In this document: in pieces, positions 49,046 through 58,710 of the stretch
How positions within the stretch are numbered: position 1 is the stretch's first letter
Layout: each line of letters begins with the position of its first letter
Source of the DNA: an uncultured Candidatus Saccharibacteria bacterium
GTDB taxonomy: Bacteria > Patescibacteriota > Minisyncoccia > Phycocordibacterales > UBA5272
Direction: 5' to 3'
NCBI GenBank assembly: GCA_964369115.1
Contig: CAYJED010000004.1
Location: 16,428-80,427 of the forward strand
DNA: 64,000 nt
Position numbers and translations under genes: made by a program
Notes under the pieces: generated by a model
The model's database searches: none
What the model saw: only the letters and a program-made list of their open reading frames with translations
What the model was told of the DNA's origin: nothing

Positions 49046-49420
49046 ATGATGGAAGAAGACTTTTCAAAAGATCCATACAAGAAGCAAGTCTACGAGACTT
49101 ACGCTCTTTGGAAGTCTTTTCCTTCGTTTCTCAAGGGACAGCCAAGAGTAGCGCTTGAGAAATTTGGTATTGAGGAGGAATCAGCGTTTGAACTGCTTGC
49201 CATAAAGACTCAGGCTGAATTCTCGAAAACATACAAGGTCGATACCGGCACGCTCACGGATTGGAATAAGAGACTTGAGAAAGATGGACTAGTCAAAGAC
49301 ATCAACTCTTGGGCAAGAAAGCTGACTCCGAATGTTATCTTTGCGCTCTATAAGAACATCATCAAAAGCGGCAAAGCTCATGAAGTGAGAGCTTGGTTTG
49401 AGATTATAGAAAACAACTAG
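49046..49420 (+). CDS. hypothetical protein
   Basis: 124 aa, starting 4 nt after the methyltransferase stop. Possibly HTH-like. Confidence 0.35.
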   Translation: MMEEDFSKDPYKKQVYETYALWKSFPSFLKGQPRVALEKFGIEEESAFELLAIKTQAEFSKTYKVDTGTLTDWNKRLEKDGLVKDINSWARKLTPNVIFALYKNIIKSGKAHEVRAWFEIIENN

Positions 49421-49421
49421 T

Positions 49422-49622
49422 ATGAAAAAGATTAACTTAGAAGAAATAAATAGTATTCTCTCGGACACCATTCACAAGGTGTTGAATAAGGAAATACCAC
49501 TCAAGCAGGCATCGGTGATTGCTCGTCTTACAGCAACGCTTTCAAAGAACATTGCGAACACTGATCTTAAAGATCGGGTTGAATTCTTGGAAAGCATACT
49601 AAGAAAAAATAAAGACTCATGA
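49422..49622 (+). CDS. hypothetical small protein
   Basis: 66 aa, translationally coupled (ATGA overlap with the next gene). Confidence 0.3.
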   Translation: MKKINLEEINSILSDTIHKVLNKEIPLKQASVIARLTATLSKNIANTDLKDRVEFLESILRKNKDS

Positions 49623-51109
49623 AAAATCTCAGTAACATTTTAAGAAGATCATCAATAACGCCTTTTGAACGAGTGAAGACGCTTGTTCATAATGATATTC
49701 ACAAAGAAAAGACTGGCGAAAGCATGTTGTCTGACTCCGAAGTGTATGTATTGATAGATAGCTGGAACCCAAGAGTAATCGAGGCAAAAGAATATAACAG
49801 ATATGTGGGTATTGTTCGCTTAGAAAATACCATGAAGATGGATGCTCAAATGTTTTTAAACAGAGCGGAAATAGCACTGTTGCGAAATCAAAGAGTGCTT
49901 GATAGTTTCGTTTTCAATGCAACCTTGCTTAAGGCGTTAGCGGAGCAAGAATTTCTCAAGGATATCCCGAGAGAAGAAAGCATGCAGTTTCTTACTGAGC
50001 ATACTTATTTTGAGTATCAAAAACTGCTTCATATTTTCACCTTCAACAATCTACCGAAGGAAATTCAAAATGATTTATTCCTGCTCGATGAATATGCTAA
50101 CTGCGACAAACGATATTTAGAGGACGAGGTATTTCTTTATGAGAGATTTAAGGACGGTACTGAGTTAAGCAAACAAGACAAAGATCTCATCATTGGTCGT
50201 ATCTACTCTGGTATGTACTACGAGGGAGCAAAGAAGATAAAGAAAAGTACATCAGAGAAAGATGGATTTTTGATCCACCACTTCTTTGGTGAATTACCCG
50301 TAGAAGATATCTTCAAAAAGATGGCATACGATGCACATATTCAATACGACGATAGTGATTTTGAAAGCAAAGTCTTATCAGGACTAGAGGAATATGTAAA
50401 AAACAAAAATATAAGCATGGAGTCTTTGGTTAAGGATGCAATATCTCGTTGGCTAGACGAAGGGTTGTTCGTGAATGACTACTCACCGATTTTTATGAGC
50501 GAGCGTTTCAATACCTGGAATGGAAACACTAAAAAGAATCATAAGGAGCTATTCACAGCTTGGTACACGGAACTGAAAAAGTCCGAGCAGGTTTTTCAAA
50601 GTTTGTTTGATGCAAAGAAGCTAGAAAAAGGATCTGTCGAGATAGAGATACTGGGAATGAAGAAAACGCTGGAGATTGTAACCGGCACTAGTTTGCTCGC
50701 TTGCAAAGAGAATCTGCTCTTTATTTCTGAATATAAGCGACAGGTTGAAATGCTTTTACCAGCTGCAAATATGCATCTCTTTGTGAAGAAGCATGCGTAT
50801 CCAGTTAAAAGCTACAAAACACTTTGCGAGTTTAAGAACCTAGCTGAAAGATTTTCCATTCAGTTTGATATTGATATAACCGATCAATACGATCATTTCA
50901 TTAATTCATACAAAGAAGAAGTTGCTCTTTTAAACCACAGTATGAGTAGGCTACTAGATACGGCAACCGAATATCTCTACACGGAAAAATCTTCGCATTA
51001 CATTCCCGATATTAATGAGGGTGGTTTCTTGTTTGATACCGAGAAGGATGACGGTGTAGCTGAAATTGCTAATTTATATTCTGAGGAGTTTAAAAAGCTA
51101 GGAATGTAA
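49619..51109 (+). CDS. hypothetical protein (496 aa), last gene of methylase operon
   Basis: Long ORF with no recognised motif, coupled to the upstream genes. Confidence 0.4.
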   Translation: MKNLSNILRRSSITPFERVKTLVHNDIHKEKTGESMLSDSEVYVLIDSWNPRVIEAKEYNRYVGIVRLENTMKMDAQMFLNRAEIALLRNQRVLDSFVFNATLLKALAEQEFLKDIPREESMQFLTEHTYFEYQKLLHIFTFNNLPKEIQNDLFLLDEYANCDKRYLEDEVFLYERFKDGTELSKQDKDLIIGRIYSGMYYEGAKKIKKSTSEKDGFLIHHFFGELPVEDIFKKMAYDAHIQYDDSDFESKVLSGLEEYVKNKNISMESLVKDAISRWLDEGLFVNDYSPIFMSERFNTWNGNTKKNHKELFTAWYTELKKSEQVFQSLFDAKKLEKGSVEIEILGMKKTLEIVTGTSLLACKENLLFISEYKRQVEMLLPAANMHLFVKKHAYPVKSYKTLCEFKNLAERFSIQFDIDITDQYDHFINSYKEEVALLNHSMSRLLDTATEYLYTEKSSHYIPDINEGGFLFDTEKDDGVAEIANLYSEEFKKLGM

Positions 51110-51219
51110 ATTTTTTATTTTCCTTTACCACCTTTCTGAACAGGCTGACCTTGGCTTGGTGTTGGTCGTGGCGCTGGCTGGGGTTTTGGCGCTGGTTTAG
51201 AGTTATTATTTGCCATATA

Positions 51220-51669
51220 TTAGATAAAAATCATTAGCAATATACCGACTAGGAATAATGTAAGTGCTTGTTTGTAATCCTTGTTCTTGCCTTCCAAAGC
51301 TTTTGAATTATCATCAAACGCTTTTTGATAATCTGAGAGTAATTGATCTAAAAGGGTTTCAGTTTTCATTGAACGATAATCTTTTGGATCATTATAAAAA
51401 TCCACTACGCCCGTATTATATGTTTTAACTTTCAATGTTTGCCAAAGGAAATATCCAGAAAAGAGCAGAATCATTATCGGTATTACTTGAAGAGCATGGA
51501 TATGATGAAAACTTTGTATGTAGAAAATGAGAATAGCTCCCTCTAGTGGAATCATTACTCCTGCTTTTGCATCAAGTCCGTTATCGGCATTGAGTAAATA
51601 ATCAACCTTGCTTCTTGTTGCATTTACAAGTATTTCTAGTGATTTGGTTTTGTCTTCATGCTCGGTCAT
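51220..51669 (-). CDS. small membrane protein co-transcribed downstream of Type III res
   Basis: 149 aa with two central TM helices and one C-terminal TM helix. Its start overlaps the res stop by 4 nt. Confidence 0.4.
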   Translation of the reverse strand: MTEHEDKTKSLEILVNATRSKVDYLLNADNGLDAKAGVMIPLEGAILIFYIQSFHHIHALQVIPIMILLFSGYFLWQTLKVKTYNTGVVDFYNDPKDYRSMKTETLLDQLLSDYQKAFDDNSKALEGKNKDYKQALTLFLVGILLMIFI

Positions 51670-53960
51670 ATAACATCCTTTAAATTATCCCAACCGTTCA
51701 AGCTCGGAGAGTAAGTATATTTCTTTCCTGAATTGAGTTTCCAACCATTCGGGCCGTCTTGAACAGCAATACCACCAGCTATATTCTTTTTACCTTTGAG
51801 CCATTCTTGCAGCGCCTCGGCTTTGTATTTAGTATCGGCAATTTCAGCAGTAGATCCTTTCTTGGTGTCTACGATCCAAACCTTGTCTTTTGTCTTAAAA
51901 ATCCAATCAGGATAAAAGAGTTTTTCTTTATTCTCGTCAGGGTTGTAGTAAGCAAGCGAGAAATATTCGCTTCCTGAATCACCGTTTTTGTACCACCATT
52001 CAATAGCTTTGTGCTCTTCTAGGAATTTAATGAATTCCTTTTCGTTATCTTCGCCTTTGTAATCTCTCTCGATATAAAACGGAGCCATAGCCGATTTCTT
52101 CACACTCATTTCTTCGTACTGGTCGGTATAGAAAAGACTCTCACGAGGAATCTCAATTTGCTCCGTTCGTTTTGCGCGCTCAGATTTGCGATTTACTTCT
52201 TGTTCACGGATTGGACGATAGACTGCAAGAGCATCACCGATCACAGGAGCGAGAACGCTTGCTTGGTTCAACAGGTCGTTAACGATAATGTTGTAAATAA
52301 CATGGCGTGTTTCTCCTGTATTGTTCAATAACCAAACATTAAGAGCGGTCTTGAGCTTTCCCCATGAACGCTCTGGTGCAAATTTCTTGTTTTCGTCAGT
52401 CTGCTTTGCAATAAGGTTAAAGCAGAATAAGTTGTATAGGCGTTCAAGATCATACTGGGACATTTCTTGATCGTGGCTTCCACCTTCTGCCAGTAGCTCT
52501 TTTGTGAAATTATCATAATCGTCAATTTCCACATTAACGATTAGTCCATTCGTAACTGTTACAGATATATCTAAACCTTTGTCTTTCAGTCGCTTGAGTA
52601 CCTTAGTTTCTTTTTCATTGATTCCAAAATACTTATCTGCTACTTTTTGAAATACGTCTTGGAAAGAATCACCAAGGTCGTTATAGTCGGTACGACTCAT
52701 GAATACGGAATCAACCATAATAGGCTTAACAGATTGCTTGCGGTAACTTCCGTAAATGGCAGGTCGGTTTTGTTCTGTAGATTTAGAGTAACCCGTGATG
52801 ACTTCGTTTCTTTTGTAGTTGGTATAAAGATAACCTAGATTTAATTCTGGCTTTGGAAAATGAAAACCTAGAGGCATACGAAGAATACGGCCAACAGTCT
52901 GAATAGCAAAAGTTGGGTTTTTAATCTCACGGAACATCACAAGCACACTTGCGCGAGGACAATCCCAGCCTGTCGCGGCGGCTTGTTTAAAAAGAAGAAA
53001 TGATACTGGCGAATTGTTTCTCTCGATGTCTTCAAGGTTGATCTTATCTTCGGAAAGCCACACCGCAATCTCATGCTCAAAAACACCTTTTGATTTAAGA
53101 AAGTCAGTTATCAAAGCTTGTTTTGTTACTCCACCTGACTCCTTACTTGCTTTGTCGTCATTTGGAAGCTGTACCAATACGAGAGGGTTCACTTCAACAC
53201 CAATTTCTTTGTAATACGCCACAAGCTCGGCTCGTTTGTTATATGCGAGAGTCAAAAGAATATCGTCCTGATCCATTCCCGCAAATTCTTTTTTAGCCAA
53301 ATCTTCTTCTGTCTGAAAAATAATCTTTTCTTTGATAAGCCCCTCACGCACAACATCGGCACGATTAACGTCTACAGTCACGCCTACTGTTTGCGGGGTA
53401 GCAGAAACACCGATAATAATTCGGGGCTTAATAACATTCTGGATAAGGTCGCTTGCAAGCACCGTGGACGAGGCGATATGTTCCTCGTCGATGATAAGTA
53501 CCACTTCGCGACCTTGCGAGTGTGTAGCTTCAAGATATTCGTCAAAAGTAGTATTCAATTCTCCCTCAGTGCGGAGCTTACGGTTTGTTTGCGCGCGAGA
53601 CACCAACTTCTGCCAGTTTATGAAAAAGACACCGCTTCGAGGGATGCAACCGTCACGGAGATCATTCAAATCAAGGAGCGTATTTTCGCTTGCACCGCCG
53701 TAATATGAAAAAAGTTTGTCTTTGGATTGCATCGCAAGCGAGTCTGAGTTTGTGATCCACAGAAATCCAACGTCAGCATTCTGGAAGCGTGGATCAGAAA
53801 CAATATCGCGGAGAAACTGCGCCATCATAATTGTCTTACCCGATCCAGTTGGAGATTTAAAAGTCAGGTTTAAATTACGATCGCCAAGTTTCCAAAGCGT
53901 CAGGAATTTCTCCTTGAGTTGTGAGATTGCAGTTTCTTGGAATGGTTTAAGTGCGAACAT
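51666..53960 (-). CDS. res: Type III restriction enzyme, Res subunit (SF2 helicase-nuclease)
   Basis: KPFQETAI, Walker A SPTGSGKT, the DEEH box, SAT motif, and helicase motif VI-like QTVGRILR. Confidence 0.8.
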   Translation of the reverse strand: MFALKPFQETAISQLKEKFLTLWKLGDRNLNLTFKSPTGSGKTIMMAQFLRDIVSDPRFQNADVGFLWITNSDSLAMQSKDKLFSYYGGASENTLLDLNDLRDGCIPRSGVFFINWQKLVSRAQTNRKLRTEGELNTTFDEYLEATHSQGREVVLIIDEEHIASSTVLASDLIQNVIKPRIIIGVSATPQTVGVTVDVNRADVVREGLIKEKIIFQTEEDLAKKEFAGMDQDDILLTLAYNKRAELVAYYKEIGVEVNPLVLVQLPNDDKASKESGGVTKQALITDFLKSKGVFEHEIAVWLSEDKINLEDIERNNSPVSFLLFKQAAATGWDCPRASVLVMFREIKNPTFAIQTVGRILRMPLGFHFPKPELNLGYLYTNYKRNEVITGYSKSTEQNRPAIYGSYRKQSVKPIMVDSVFMSRTDYNDLGDSFQDVFQKVADKYFGINEKETKVLKRLKDKGLDISVTVTNGLIVNVEIDDYDNFTKELLAEGGSHDQEMSQYDLERLYNLFCFNLIAKQTDENKKFAPERSWGKLKTALNVWLLNNTGETRHVIYNIIVNDLLNQASVLAPVIGDALAVYRPIREQEVNRKSERAKRTEQIEIPRESLFYTDQYEEMSVKKSAMAPFYIERDYKGEDNEKEFIKFLEEHKAIEWWYKNGDSGSEYFSLAYYNPDENKEKLFYPDWIFKTKDKVWIVDTKKGSTAEIADTKYKAEALQEWLKGKKNIAGGIAVQDGPNGWKLNSGKKYTYSPSLNGWDNLKDVI

Positions 53961-53963
53961 AGA

Positions 53964-55700
53964 TTAAATGCGGTTAATTTCTTTATAAACTTCAAGGATC
54001 GGTTCGGGAATATCTTCGACACGGATAGTCCTCGTAGAATAATCATTCTTATACTCATTCTTACCCCAACCAAAAACATACAGCGTTGTTGGCTGATTTT
54101 TCTTCTCAAGAATCTTTATAATTTCTTTAAGTTTTGTTTTATCTTCCGTGAAATAGATAGCGGTTAACTTTCCGTTACCTTCAAAAATTTGCCACCACTC
54201 ATTTTTATCGACTTCATTTGAGGTGTTTTCTCGGAGTGCGATCATCTCTCCAGCCTGATAAGTAATTTTAATTTTTGCCTCATCAGAAATACGATGTAAC
54301 TTATCTACGTTTACCATATCGGTTTTAAAGTAAGATAAATTCCCACTAAGACCCTCGACTTTCACTCCTTTTCTGTTTTTATATCCTTTAATAACGCGTT
54401 TCAATCGCTCATATGTAACTTCTTCACAGATCTTATTTTCATTATTCGTACAAAGAATAAACTTACGATTACCACCATCTTGTTTATTGAGTTCAAGAAC
54501 GGCATGACCTGTAGTACCAGAGCCAGCGAAAAAATCGAGAATAACAGCATCTCTTTTGTCACTCATAACTCTTAAACTATCCATTACTGCGTAGAGAGAT
54601 TTTGGATAAGAAAATATTTGAAGTTCTGCGAAAATATCTTTTAATAGATTTGTTCCGTAAGCAGTCGAAGAATATTCTTTCTTATCCCACCAAGTCATAG
54701 GCAAAATTCCATCTTCGTTCATTCGTCCCTTTACATAAATCTGAAGTTTGCTTTTTTGTATACGAGATTGAAATTCATCCTGTTCATTCATGAATCTTTC
54801 AATACCCCAACGCCAACGTCTTTGCTTGCCGTCATCATCAATTGGATAGATTATTTCCTCTCCCTTTTTAGGCTTTTCTAATAATTGGTAATCTTCTAAA
54901 TTGTCGTCCCATGTTAATTTAGGCAACCTAATTGAATCTTTGGTTGCAAAGATCGGGTAGTACATTTTTGGAGACTCTTCTCGCATACTTCCGGGCTTGC
55001 GGAAGTTAACCCATTCAAAAGCACCATTCGCGTCTTTTTCATCATATCGGTCAATTTGAGACTGGTTTCTATCAAGTCTGGACACAAAAGCGGATTCTGT
55101 TTTTCCAAAAAAGACGGCATATTCGTGGGTAATAGATATTCCTTTTGTTGTAGATCTGCCCGCTGGATTGTTTCTGATAGGCACAGTTCCTAAATGATTG
55201 AATTCTCCAAAAATTTCTTCCATCAAGAGAATCAGTCTTGAAATTTCATAATCATCAATCGTGACGCAAATTATGCCATTTTCTTTGAGCAAGTTTTTAG
55301 CCAAACGCAACCTCTTTTCCATAAAAGAGATCCACTTGCTATGGCGAAAATTGTCGTTCTTATCTACATAGTCATTGTTGTATCGCCAGTCTGTTGCGCC
55401 GGTATTGTATGGCGGATCCGCGTAAATAACATCGACTGCGCCGCGATGCGTATAGTTCAAAACAGAAAGCGAGTGGTAATTATCTCCCTCGATTAGAATG
55501 TTCGTCGGGAGTGAATTATCAGAAACTAACTTTCTACTTTTAACTTCTTTAAGAAGAGGAATATTCGTCTCGCATTGCAAAACGACATCCTCTGGTTTAT
55601 CTTCCCAGACGAGTCCGTATTTTTTGCGATTCTTTAATTTTTTTATTTCAGATTGTAAATCTGAAATTTGAGCGCGTAGCTCTTTTTCTGTTTGAGACAT
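53964..55700 (-). CDS. mod: Type III restriction-modification system Mod methyltransferase
   Basis: IYADPPYNTG (motif IV) and FFAGSGTTGHA (motif I). 578 aa, immediately upstream of res. Confidence 0.85.
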   Translation of the reverse strand: MSQTEKELRAQISDLQSEIKKLKNRKKYGLVWEDKPEDVVLQCETNIPLLKEVKSRKLVSDNSLPTNILIEGDNYHSLSVLNYTHRGAVDVIYADPPYNTGATDWRYNNDYVDKNDNFRHSKWISFMEKRLRLAKNLLKENGIICVTIDDYEISRLILLMEEIFGEFNHLGTVPIRNNPAGRSTTKGISITHEYAVFFGKTESAFVSRLDRNQSQIDRYDEKDANGAFEWVNFRKPGSMREESPKMYYPIFATKDSIRLPKLTWDDNLEDYQLLEKPKKGEEIIYPIDDDGKQRRWRWGIERFMNEQDEFQSRIQKSKLQIYVKGRMNEDGILPMTWWDKKEYSSTAYGTNLLKDIFAELQIFSYPKSLYAVMDSLRVMSDKRDAVILDFFAGSGTTGHAVLELNKQDGGNRKFILCTNNENKICEEVTYERLKRVIKGYKNRKGVKVEGLSGNLSYFKTDMVNVDKLHRISDEAKIKITYQAGEMIALRENTSNEVDKNEWWQIFEGNGKLTAIYFTEDKTKLKEIIKILEKKNQPTTLYVFGWGKNEYKNDYSTRTIRVEDIPEPILEVYKEINRI

Positions 55701-56004
55701 AGGGGTACAGTTCTATGTCTCGGCTATCCATATTTGGTTTGTATAGAAACGGCAAAGAGGGACAGCCGAGCCTGTACCCCATAATGGTGCTACCCCGAAA
55801 GGTTCCTGTTATGGAACTCGGACTGCCCCTCTTTGCCTATAACAGGTAAGAGAAAACAGTCCTTTCGGGGACGAAGCACTAAATATATAAACACTATGGG
55901 GTACAAATGAACTCTAACATAAAAACACCTCTAAATAAAGGCTTATTTAGAGGTGTTTACCAACAGTCTGGACTTTGCGAGTGCTTCGCGTCATTTAATA
56001 GTAT

Positions 56005-56328
56005 GTGGACGATATTGAGGCCGTTATCAAGGCCAGCCAGCATTTCAAATATGAGGAATCCGAGGTAAGTTATGCTTTCAACAAAGCCTCTGACTTACCG
56101 GAATCTAAGTCGAATCTGAAGCGAGCCATAAAGGAGCGCATTCAGCTTTTGTGCGCTTCATATATTTCACTGGCTTCTTTCTTGCCTGATGAGGATGCGG
56201 AATATTTGCTCGGCCTTCATGGAGAGCAGAAGAAAAAGCGATCAATTAAAATCATGATGCGAATGATGAAAGAAATGGATAAGCTCGAAAAAGAGATCCG
56301 TAATTTTGATCCGTTTTCACCTCTATAA
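56005..56328 (+). CDS. hypothetical protein (GTG start; duplicate at 59374..59697)
   Basis: 107-aa ORF downstream of a 15-bp-stem hairpin. No clear RBS. Confidence 0.25.
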   Translation: MDDIEAVIKASQHFKYEESEVSYAFNKASDLPESKSNLKRAIKERIQLLCASYISLASFLPDEDAEYLLGLHGEQKKKRSIKIMMRMMKEMDKLEKEIRNFDPFSPL

Positions 56329-56419
56329 AAAATTGAGCGGACTCGCTTCGCGAGTAAATGCCAAAGGGTCAAAGAACCCAAGAGTCAAAGAATCAGAAAA
56401 ATACAAAGAGACAACAGGT

Positions 56420-58261
56420 CTAAGATTCAGACTTGCGGAGACGGAACACGAACTCAACGTCCGGAATCCACGCGCTGTCGGGCGACGCCCAACTGCGGCG
56501 CAGCCACAAACCGCCAACGTCGCGTTCGAGGCGGAAGACGTACGGGCTGCCGCCGGAGTCAGCGATTTGCTTCATACCAATACGTACCCATTCATTGAGA
56601 GGTTGATCTTTGTATTTAAGACGATAGTTAGGACCAGTATCAGGAGGACACAACTCCAAGCCAAGCGTTTGTGCGCGTTCGTAAATTTGGTCAGTGGTAG
56701 CGCTTGTCTTGAATCCGAGGTCAGCGACAGTAAGACGGATGAGTGTTGCTTCTTCGCGAGTCTTTCCGGGAATGAAGTCGCGATTTTTCATCATAGACTT
56801 TGCGTAATCAGAAATATTTATGTGAGCCGCTTCCATTTCAGCAATTAACTGTTCAGTAGTCTTGCCTCCGATCTCTACGCTTTCTCTGCGGATTTTCTTT
56901 TCAGGGAATGAAGTGTAGACATGTTCAAGACCTTCCGGCAATTTTTGGAATATGCCTGGTTCAAGCTGTCCGACATAGGCTTTGGTGTCTTTTGTGATCT
57001 GACTTGGCACGTGAGCAATATCTTCTTTTGTACACTCAAAAATAACAAGCATGTCTTCCTCGGTGTTTCGCCCTTTGCGTAGTTCAGCGATACGAGGGTC
57101 TGTCTGATAACCGAACCCTTCAATTGATGAATTGATTTCGTAGAGGAATACTAAATCGTCTTTGGTAAAGGGTTCATCCTGTTCACGCTTCTGGTCGAGA
57201 GCGGTCAGTATTTTCATATCTCCGCTTTTCTTGCGGTACGCATCAGCCTCACCACCAAAGTCTTGGAGTTTTGCATCAAGTGCTTCCTGCATAATTGGCT
57301 CTACGCCCTGATGCGGAAGAATACCTCTCACTTCGCCGATTCTATTGTCGCCCTCCATGCGGATCGCAAGACGAGGTTGGGTTGGTTCGCCGTTTGAATC
57401 ATTCGTGTAATAAACATAAAAGTCGCCATTCTCTATTTGTGTTTCTGCTGTCGATTTACCGGCAGTACACCAACCAGTTCCTTTTCCTTCAAGTGACTCA
57501 AATAATTGTTCGGCATCGCCGCTCTGTCCTTGTTGATATTTTTTCCATTCACCTTTAACTTCCTCGCGGTTCTCCATTGAAGCGGCGAGAGATTTTGAAA
57601 TGAGTTCGGCGTATAAGCTCGGAAACTTTTGAGAAAAGGCTTCGCGGATTTCAGGCTCTTTGAGATTCTTATTGTCTTCTTTTACCTTGAGATAAATATC
57701 AGCAATCTGTGCCAACGGCTCGCGGTAGATATCGGGGTATGGTGCAACAGTACTATCGGTACGCTTTTTGAACTCGCCACGCTCCTTGTCGAACTGTGAA
57801 AGTTTAGTGATATTTTTCCAAACGAAGTACTTGAACCACGCTGGGTACATAGCATCGTCTGAAGTAAGGTACTCCATCCACGCATCAAGCGATGCCCGCT
57901 GATCTTCAATAGCAACATCCATCATTTGTTCACGGACATTGTCAGGAATTTCCTCTACTGCTTGTCCGCGCTCGCGGGCGATGCGTTTCTGTAATTCAAA
58001 ATATGATTCAGGAAAATTCTCCTTCTTTATGATGAACGCATCATATATTTTATCGCGAAACATTTCGAGATTGCGTTCGCGTTTCTTTTCGTCAGGGTTA
58101 AGAAAAACATTCTCCAAGCGATCCATGTATGCCTCGATACGCTCGGCAGGATCGTTCGGCATTTTTTCGCCAGTGTGTCGCTCCTCTCGCACAACTGCCC
58201 GATTTACCTCGGGAGAGGTTTGGAGTTCTGGGCTTTTAAGATGGAGCGGATGTTTTTCCAT
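56420..58261 (-). CDS. DGR target protein with C-terminal CLec-like variable region (copy 1)
   Basis: 613 aa. The C-terminus SGGSPYVFRLERDVGGLWLRRSWASPDSAWIPDVEFVFRLRK corresponds codon-for-codon to the Asn-rich TR. There is no signal peptide. Confidence 0.8.
   Translation of the reverse strand: MEKHPLHLKSPELQTSPEVNRAVVREERHTGEKMPNDPAERIEAYMDRLENVFLNPDEKKRERNLEMFRDKIYDAFIIKKENFPESYFELQKRIARERGQAVEEIPDNVREQMMDVAIEDQRASLDAWMEYLTSDDAMYPAWFKYFVWKNITKLSQFDKERGEFKKRTDSTVAPYPDIYREPLAQIADIYLKVKEDNKNLKEPEIREAFSQKFPSLYAELISKSLAASMENREEVKGEWKKYQQGQSGDAEQLFESLEGKGTGWCTAGKSTAETQIENGDFYVYYTNDSNGEPTQPRLAIRMEGDNRIGEVRGILPHQGVEPIMQEALDAKLQDFGGEADAYRKKSGDMKILTALDQKREQDEPFTKDDLVFLYEINSSIEGFGYQTDPRIAELRKGRNTEEDMLVIFECTKEDIAHVPSQITKDTKAYVGQLEPGIFQKLPEGLEHVYTSFPEKKIRRESVEIGGKTTEQLIAEMEAAHINISDYAKSMMKNRDFIPGKTREEATLIRLTVADLGFKTSATTDQIYERAQTLGLELCPPDTGPNYRLKYKDQPLNEWVRIGMKQIADSGGSPYVFRLERDVGGLWLRRSWASPDSAWIPDVEFVFRLRKSES
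56432..56564 (-). repeat. DGR variable repeat VR (copy 1)
   Basis: The reverse complement matches TR 58554..58686 at 110/133 positions; all 23 mismatches are opposite TR adenines. Confidence 0.85.
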
Positions 58262-58553
58262 ATATGGTTCGCATTATAGCATAAATTACTGCGAAATAAA
58301 GAGGTTTTTGGTATACTATTTTCAGATTGGTTTCATTGAACGGCTACGGTTTTTCAAGACCAATTTACTTCATGTAGATTGAGAGCGCGAACGGTTACGG
58401 CTTTTCGCGGAGGATGTGCATTGAGGTCTTTAAAAAGAAAAAACTTGGTGCGACGCGCTGGTTGATTTTCGATCACGCATAACGATACAGCACGGCTTCT
58501 GGCATATCATGTGCGCTTAAGTCGGCGGTGAGATGGATGGCGTGCCGCACAAA

Positions 58554-58686
58554 CGCTGACTCCGACGGCAACCCGAACGTCTTCAACCTCGAACGCAACG
58601 ATGACGGTTTGTGGCTGAACAACAATTGGGCGAAACCCGACAACACGTGGAATCCGGACAATAAGTTCGTGTTCCGTCTCCGAAAC
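58554..58686 (+). repeat. DGR template repeat TR (copy 1)
   Basis: Non-coding AAC-rich repeat (translating as ...SDGNPNVFNLERNDDGLWLNNNWAKPDNTWNPDNKFVFRLRN), followed by a hairpin ccgcgac..gtcgcgg. Confidence 0.85.
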
Positions 58687-58710
58687 TATTTTCTTTTCCG
58701 CGACCTCATG

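Noticed and set aside
56306-56848. 180-aa plus-strand ORF (and its duplicate 59675..60217) antisense to the 3' end of the DGR target gene
   Set aside because: It lies entirely antisense to the GC-rich VR-containing end of the target gene. Open antisense frames are expected in GC-rich DNA, and there is no independent coding evidence.
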